42,369 nt of DNA from Lama guanicoe (lineage: Eukaryota), in NCBI GenBank assembly GCA_013239625.1, contig MU053758.1, forward strand, positions 3,473,854-3,516,222, in the 5' to 3' direction. Positions 35,041 to 42,369 of the stretch are shown one piece after another (the first letter of the stretch is position 1; each line of letters opens with the position of its first letter). The notes under the pieces are model-generated. The model was not told the origin of the DNA and did not search any database. It saw only the letters and a program-made list of their open reading frames with translations. The translations under genes were made by a program, and so were the position numbers.

Positions 35041-35824
35041 TTAGCAGCAAGAGGAGGCACAGCACATGGGGCGGGGGCAGGTGGAGATGACACAGGTGGG
35101 GCGATAGCAAGTGGTGTGGCAGGAGACCTGGCCACAGACTTGGGCGCAGGCAGCAGCAGCAGCGCCAGCAGCTGGAGATGCAGCAAGAGGGTTGGTAGCA
35201 GCTGGAACTAGAGCTGCTGGAGCATCAGCAAGCTTGGGGCTGGCAGCTGGAGATGCAACATCTGGGGCGGCAGCAGCTGGACTCACAGCACCTGGGGCGG
35301 CAGCAGATGGGCTGGCAGCACACAGACTGGCAGCACTGGGGTCTGCAGCAGCTGGACTCACAGCACCTGGGGCGGCAGCAGGTGGGCTGGCAGCACACAG
35401 ACTGGCAGCACTGGGGTCTGCAGCAGCTGGACTCACAGCACCTGGGGCGGCAGCAGGTGGGCTGGCAGCACACAGACTGGCAGCACTGGGGGCGGCAGCA
35501 GCTGGACTCAAAGCACCTTGGGCGGTAGCAGGTGGTCCTGCAGCAGGTGGTCTGGCAGCAGCTGGGGCGGCAGCAGGTGGGCTGGCAGCACTCAGACTGG
35601 CAGCAGCTGGACTCACAGCACCTGGGGCGGCAGCAGATGGGCTCGCAGCACACAGACTGGCAGCACTGGGGGCGGCAGCAGCTGGACTCAAAGCACCTTG
35701 GGCGGTAGCAGGTGGTCCTGCAGCAGGTGGTCTGGCAGCAGCTGGGGCGGCAGCAGGTCTCCTGGCAGAGGCCTTGGCCACAGCCCTCCTCAGAACAGAC
35801 AGAGCCACAGCAGGAGCTGACCAT
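35041..35824 (-). pseudogene. KRTAP4: KRTAP4 copy C: premature TGA plus +1 frameshift; residual ORF 35225-35824 (199 aa, lacks the KAP4 C-terminal domain)
   Basis: ATG at 35824; in-frame TGA at 35225-35227; extra T at 35140-35141 (CAGACTTGGGCG versus CAGACTGGGCG in paralogues); the original C-terminus [32 protein letters not shown] ends at 35041 in another frame. Confidence 0.85.
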
Positions 35825-38645
35825 GGTGTTAATGCAAGGATTGGGGTTCCACGAGTGGGTTTCCACAGGGGTGGTTTCTTGAGTCTGAATGTCTCCTTAC
35901 ACCTGTCCCCTTTTATTCTGTGAGGTTCTCTGACGTTACCATGATCAACCCCGTTTCCTTGTTGTTTTTCCTACTTGGCAATCAATTAATATTACTAAGT
36001 TGATAATTGTCTTTATCATGTTAATTACACCGACATCTAAGAATAGCATCATTTCCTTTTTCTAGTGTTACGATTCACTGAATCTTCTTAAACTATGTGA
36101 AAACATTTTCATGTTTCTTCCTCCTAATATGTCTTCCAAGTTGGAAATATCATGTGATATTCCATTATTCAGGTTTTAAACGTGTCATTTTTTTCCTTCT
36201 TTGTGTATGACTCCATGACAATCCTTTGAGAGTGGCTATCACCATGCCAAATCTCTTTTTATGTCAAAGTGGGGAAAATGCATACTACTGACAGGTGGAA
36301 TGTTGATAAGGAAGTAGGAGGAAAGACTCATCATTGGGTTCTGTGTACAATGTGGGGAGACTGTGATTTGGATTGAGGCTTGTTGACAGTGTGCTTTTGT
36401 ACAATGAGGGGAGACTGGATGTGTTTCCTGGATGATTAGAGAATCAGGGGTTACAAGAGATGTTCCAATCTCACTGTGATGCCAACCCCAAGAGTTAGAT
36501 TATAGTTTCCTTTAGGATGGTAAGAACCATGTACACAGATGAACTTATACCCCCAGGAATCTTCTCCACACAGTATATGCTAAAGGTGAGTGTGTTGGAC
36601 CTGTCTTTTGATAAGCCGACAGATCAATGGATTTTATACTATATAGAAGTTTTTATTCCAAGCATCTCTTTCTGGTACTGTTTCAGTAATTTTAATTAAT
36701 TCATATCCAAAACGAGCATTATGTACTTAAGTCCTCTGTGCTCTCAGTGGAAAATGAGATAATGTAGATGGCTACTATGTGTGAGTGCTGGCCACGTGCC
36801 CGATACTCTGCTGAATGATCTCTAGTCGCTGTCTTGATTGTCTTCTGATGGAAGCCATGAGGTCCTTGCTGTGCTCCAACAGCTCACATGGAAGTTAATT
36901 ATGGTTGTTAAATCCTATAACAGTCTACGACGTGTCGACAGTACTTACTCCACACCTTTCATTGTGCTGTTGTAAGTCCTTAGAGAATCCTTTCACTCAC
37001 ATCAACTCTGCAACGTATTTTTCGTTTAAGTTCCAGCTCAGAAGCCTCCTCCTTTCCTATGGTTTTCCCTGACATACTTCAAAAACAGACAAACAAACTT
37101 CATCTTCTCCTCCTTTCTGCCTGATATCAATCACATCTGGAACACTCCGACCTTCACATCCGACTACAACCTGTCTCGTTCCAACTGTAAACCCCTGAGA
37201 TGAACACTTGAACGCTGTCAGTTTTTCTTTTTATGTCTAGGAATCAACTTTTGAATTTAGATTTTGTTTTGTGGTTATGCAAAGTACTTATGGTTCCAAG
37301 AGAAGTTCTACAAAGTCAGATTCCTACTCAAGGAAGTCATGTTCCTATTCCTGTTCCTTTCATGCATTTCCTTGCTCCCTCATGCAGCCTTCTTCTTGTA
37401 CTTTAGTGTTTTCCTCCTCATTGCTATTTTAAATATAATTTTTTTGCATATTTGTGTCTATGTTTCTTAAATAGTTGTCTACCATACACACTTGGCTCCA
37501 ACTTCCTTGTTCTCGCTCAACAAGTTATCCCAGAGATTCCTTCACCATAGTGTGTTTGATATTCTTGATTCCATCCTCAGCCACAAAGTAGTCCATCTGT
37601 GGACAGAATGTAATTTCTTTAGCGTATTACATGTATTAGTGTGGGCAATTGATCAATATGCTTGACTTGAGTTATCTAGTGTTTATTGTATACAATAGAG
37701 AGAGTTATATATAATATAATGTATAGTTACAGATGTAATATAATGAATAGTGATATATACATATTGTGAATGATATATATAATGCATATATTAAGTATAT
37801 ACATCTCTATTTCTATGGCTTCACCTAACCTTCTACTATTTGCTAATTTTTCTTTCCTTCCCACTCTTAATCTGTCTTTTGATATTTAAGAAGGCTTATA
37901 TTTTGTACTAATTGTTACCATTGTATAAATACGTTTGTATAATACCCTAGGAGCCCAATTATTTGGCTACTGTCATTTGATTCTGTACTTTCAGAAATAC
38001 TGAAATTACCTGATTACGTTTTCATCCCACACCGCCTTAGAATCAAACTTGAACTCTTAGTCAATCCTCATAGGTAATTGGGAAAATTTTTCTACCTTAC
38101 ATATTCTGTCTCCTTTCCCTCCATTTTTTTGATAATTTTACTATGTCTACATAAATGGAATTGCTCTTATTTAAATTTATTATGTAATTATTTGTGGCCA
38201 GTATATAAAATACAATTAATTAATGTATGACCTAATGTCTCGTGTAACTTCACTTCTTTGTGTCAGGAATTTCTGGTAGTTGGGGAGCCCAACTATAGTT
38301 TAGTTCTCCCCCAAAGTAAATAACTGATAATTCAACTCCATTCTATTCCTCATCAGTGAGCCTGCCCCATTAGCTGCTCTCCCAACGAGGCGGCTTTAGT
38401 GGGGCTCTGGGCTTGAAGGGTAAAACTGTCATCATTAGTAAAACTGTCCTTTTGGTTACTGTGTCCCCATTTGAATCACAGCCACCTGTCTTGGAACATG
38501 GCTCCTAAAGTTAATCTTATTCATATAAAAAGCACAGAGAAAAATATTTTGTAGAAGCCTGTGGGGAGAAATGTATAGGAAAATATTTGTATGTAAACAC
38601 ATCAAAAATTGATTTTTGTTGAGAAACTCCATTAGAATATCAGCA
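35825..38645 (+). repeat. Tandem segmental duplication: upstream flank of KRTAP4 copy C, homologous to 30524-34015
   Basis: See partner feature; homology ends at the L1 5' end. Confidence 0.9.
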
Positions 38646-40331
38646 TCATAAGGAGAGAGAGGATGGCGGAGTAGAAGGACGCTCACAGCTCACCCTCTCC
38701 CACAAATGCACCAAGACCCACATCCACAGACCCACTCAGCCAACCAGAGCACCTGCAGAACTCCGAGAGAACATCACCCTCTTCAAAAGATAAAGATGCC
38801 AGAAATCTGGTAGGAGAAAAGGAAAAAAGAAAGAACAAAAGGCAAAGCAGAGCGGGACGGGTCCCGCAGGAAGGGAGCGGCAACGGAGGACTGGTGCTCA
38901 TTAGCTGGGTCTCCCCTCTCCAACTGAGAGGCCAGCAGGACAGAGGGGGAGCCTCTGAGGCTCGGATCTATATGGAGCAGCCTTTGACAGAACTAAGTTA
39001 AACGGGCTCAGAGGGTCCCCCCGACATCCAGCCTGAGACGCGGGCCGGCAGCAGCGGGCAGGCCCAGGCTGCACAAGACGGGCAGAGGACAGGGGTGGCT
39101 GCACTGAGGCAGCCCCGGGGGATCGCAAGGGGCTGCGCGCCATGGCTGTGGGTGTACAGGGCAGAACAATCTGGACCCTCCATAAAACAGCAAAGTTGAT
39201 GTGCCCTGGGGGGAAGGGTGCACACCCCCATCTCTGAAAACCCGCGGAAAGTTTTCAGGGGAAGAGAGGCGGGGCTCAGGCACAGCTGCCATATCCTCTG
39301 GCGCTTAGCACCCAGGTGGGGGCGGGGGCGAAACCTGCATCCGCACCCGAAGGGCTTAGCAGCCTCAAAGGACAGACTGAGACAGGCCTACAGCCCGGGG
39401 CAGATAGGATCCTTCCATCCTGGTCCCTCAGAGAACTTGCTCCACAAAGAAACAAGGAGCTGAGCTTTGGCCCGAGCAGTGACAAGGCTGTCCCTCGGTC
39501 TTCCTGGAACCCACCTGCGGAGCGCCGACCAGGGGGGAGCGCAGACCAGGGCAGAGCGCGCAGCCACACAGATCAGCGGAGCTACCGGGGCAGGTAGAGG
39601 GAGAGCGGCCCCCCGCCTTTTGGTCAGGAACACAGCCCCTGACCAAGGTGCTGGGAGGGGGCACGACCCGCCCTCCTACCCGGCCAGTCTGCAACATCTG
39701 ACTGCGGCATCTGGAGGGGCAGTGACCCGCCCGCCCACAGCAGAGGAGAGCTGCACCTGACCCAGTGTTAGGAGGAGGCGCGATTCGCTTGCGGACAGGC
39801 ACTGGGAGCAGCACAGAAGAGGGCGCCAACGAAGGGCCTCTGAAAACAGCAAGCTGAGTTTCCAAAACAGGACGAAGACAGAAAGACTTCACATTAAAAG
39901 CACACAGACTCCAGGAGAACACCAACAACACCCCCCCCCCTTTTTTTTTAAATCTGTTTTTACCTGTTCTATTTTCTATTACCCTCTTAATTTTTACTTC
40001 TTAATTCATTTCTATTTCTCTTGGGTTTTGATGTCCTGTTATTGATTAGACACAGGTTTCAAATACATCTATTCATCTTCCCTCCCTTTTTTTTAAAGGT
40101 TTTAAAAGGACGGCTCAACCCGATTGATACTCTGCTTCAACTTGCTCTTCTATTATTCATTATACGCTGTTTTCAAACCTTCTTTCTCCCTTCTTTTAAA
40201 ATTCTTTCTCTCTCTCTCTTATTTTTTTCTTTTTGTCCTAAGTTCTATTCCTAAATAGGCATTAGATAGATAAACTCCTTAAGGACCACAATAGATAATT
40301 GATACTCCATAAACCACAGTGCCAGAGAGGT

Positions 40332-41233
40332 ATGAGCAAGATGAAGAAGCAGAGAAACCATTCCCAATTAAAAGAACAAGAGAAATCCCCGAAAGAAAGA
40401 TCAGTGAAATAGATATCGATAGCCTACTAGATCAAGATTTCAAAAAAGGAGTGATCAAATTGTTGAAGGAATTAAAAGAGATAGAGTTTAGAGATATAAA
40501 ATATGTCAAAAATAAAATTGAAGCTATAAAGAAGAGCCAAGTAGAATGGGTAAACTCATTGACAGAGATGAGGAATGATCTAATAGCTGTGCAAAGCCGA
40601 CTACATAATGCAGAGGAACGAATTAGTGATCTAGAAGACAGGACAATAGAAAGCACCCATTCAGAAGAACTACAAGATAAGCAAATAAAAAATAATGAAA
40701 ACAGCATAAGGGACCTATGGGATAATATAAAGCGTCCCAATCTTCGCATAATAGGGGTCCCAGAAGGGGAAGAAAGATCAAAAGGGATTGAAAAGGTTTT
40801 TGAAGAAATCATGACTGAAAACTTCCCAAACTTAAAGAAGGAATCAGATATCCAAGTACAGGAAGCTCCAAGGGTCCCAAACAGGAAGAAACCAAATAGA
40901 CCCACACCAAGACATATCATAATTAAGATGGCCAGAGTCAAGGATAAAGAATTGATTCTAAATGCAGCAAGAGAAAAGCAAAAAGTAAGTTACAGGGGAA
41001 CCCCCATAAGGCTCTCAGCTGCTTTCTCTACACAAACACTACAGGCCAGAAGGGAGTGGCAAGATATATTCAAAGTCTTGAATGAAAAAAAGATGCAGCC
41101 TAGGATACTTTATCCAGCAAGGCTATTCTTAAGGATAGAAAGAGAAATAAAGAGTTTCACAGACAAAAAAAAGCTGCAGGAGTTTAGCAACACTAAACCC
41201 ATGCTAAAAGAAATATTGAAAGGTCTACTCTAA
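40332..41233 (+). pseudogene. L1 ORF1p (coiled coil, RRM, CTD) with a 1-bp deletion near the N-terminus
   Basis: Motifs LWDNIKRPNLRIIGVPEGEE, ENFPNL, PRHIIIK, AREK, ARREW, YPARL. The ATG at 40332/40341 (MSKMKKQRNHSQLKEQEKS) is out of frame with the body; the shift is at the C run 40387-40390. Confidence 0.9.
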
Positions 41234-41639
41234 ATAGAAAAGAAGCAGGATGCTACAGAAATTAGAAACTCACAACTAGAAAGGTGATAACTCATGAATT
41301 ACAAATAAAGAAAACACGAAATTATAAAAGAAGACATACAAATCACTGAGAGTGGGAGAGGGAGGCAGGGAAATACAGAATATAATTTTTTCTTTCTTTC
41401 TTAAATTTTTTTTAATGGTAGGATGGGTTTGAGATCATGTTACTATCAGTTTAACAAGAACAGTTATAGTAATGGGCTAATATATTTACAAAAAAGGGTA
41501 ACCACAAGCCAAAAACTTACAAGGGGTCACAAAAATTAAATAAAATCTATGATAATACAAAGGAAAATTACCAAATCACAAAAGGAAGAAGAAAGGAACA
41601 AAGAGGATATACCAATTAAACTGCAAACGTAAGTTCAAA

Positions 41640-42369
41640 ATGGCAATAAACACACATCTATCATTAATTACTGTAAATGTTAATGGACTAAATGCTCAAG
41701 TTAAAAGACACAGAGTGGCAGACTGGATAATAAAGCAAGAACCTTCAATATGCTGCATACAAGAGACCCATTTTGGGAGAAGGACACATATAGATTGAGA
41801 GTGAAAGGATGGGAAAGGATATTCCATGCAAATGGAAAAGCCAAAAAAGCAGGGGTAGCAGTACTGATTTCAGACAAAATAGACTTTAAAACAAAGGCAA
41901 GAAAGATAAAGAAGGACATTTTATAATGATTAAAGGAGTGATACAAGACGAGGATATTACACTCATTAATATATATGCACCCAATATAGGAGCACCTAAG
42001 GACATACAAGAATTACTAACAGAGATAAAGGGCGATATTGATGGGAATACAATCATAGTTGGAGATTTTAACACCACATTAACATCACTAGACAGATCTT
42101 CCAGGCAGAAAATAAACAAGGCAACAGAGAAATTAAATAATACAATAGAAAAACTAGATTTGGTGGATATTTTCAGAGCACTACACCCCACAAAAAAAGG
42201 ATATACATTCTTTTCAAGTGCACACAGAACATCTTCTAGGATTGATCATGTACCTGGGCACAAAAGAAACCTCAACAATTTTAAAAAGATAGAAATTATC
42301 TCAAGCATCTTTACTGACCACAATGCCATGAAATTGGAAATCAACAACAGAGAAACAAAGGAGAAAAAA
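41640..42369 (+). pseudogene. L1 ORF2p endonuclease domain, frameshifted
   Basis: MAINTHLSLITVNVNGLNA...CCIQETH; relative to the intact copy at 13675-14480 it has a 1-bp deletion at ~41774 and a 4-bp deletion (CATA) after 41898. Confidence 0.9.

Larger units (their letters stand above)
38651..42369 (+). mobile_element. 5'-complete LINE-1 (CpG-rich 5'UTR, ORF1, long spacer, start of ORF2); runs off the window
   Basis: Begins ...GAGAGGATGGCGGAGTAG; CpG-rich 38650-39850; ORF1 and ORF2 homology downstream. Confidence 0.95.

Noticed and set aside
5354..35923. Many overlapping alternative-frame and antisense ORFs (Ala-, Gln/Trp- or Leu/Pro-rich) over the KRTAP2 and KRTAP4 genes
   Set aside because: By-products of GC-rich repetitive coding sequence; they recur at every paralogue.
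38683..39931. Several ORFs in the L1 5'UTR on both strands (ORF0-like candidates)
   Set aside because: Expected in GC-rich sequence; no recognisable homology and no second copy to test conservation.

Overview
Mammalian genomic DNA containing part of a hair/wool keratin-associated protein (KRTAP) cluster. The L1 3' ends and the lack of recognisable ruminant or pig SINEs suggest a cetartiodactyl, probably a camelid; this is inference. Seven single-exon KRTAP loci lie on the minus strand, each with a TATA-type box and an AATAAA signal. They are: one KRTAP1-family pseudogene with a greatly expanded 15-bp repeat and four in-frame TAG stops (1459-2349); three near-identical KRTAP2-family genes (5427-5816, 12468-12857, 17526-17915); and three KRTAP4-family genes (25281-25985, 29942-30523 and a damaged copy at 35041-35824). 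The AT-rich intergenic DNA carries L1, L2, MIR, LTR and MITE remnants and two assembly gaps. A 5'-complete but frameshifted L1 runs from ~38651 to the window end. The most notable observations are: a 351-bp TSD-flanked mini-L1 whose 5'/3' junction matches a GT-AG splice of a full-length L1; homogenisation of KRTAP paralogues confined to the TATA-to-stop interval; a stop codon amplified by later repeat duplication; and a complex tail-less L1 endonuclease insertion. All comparisons were made by eye; no database searches were run.
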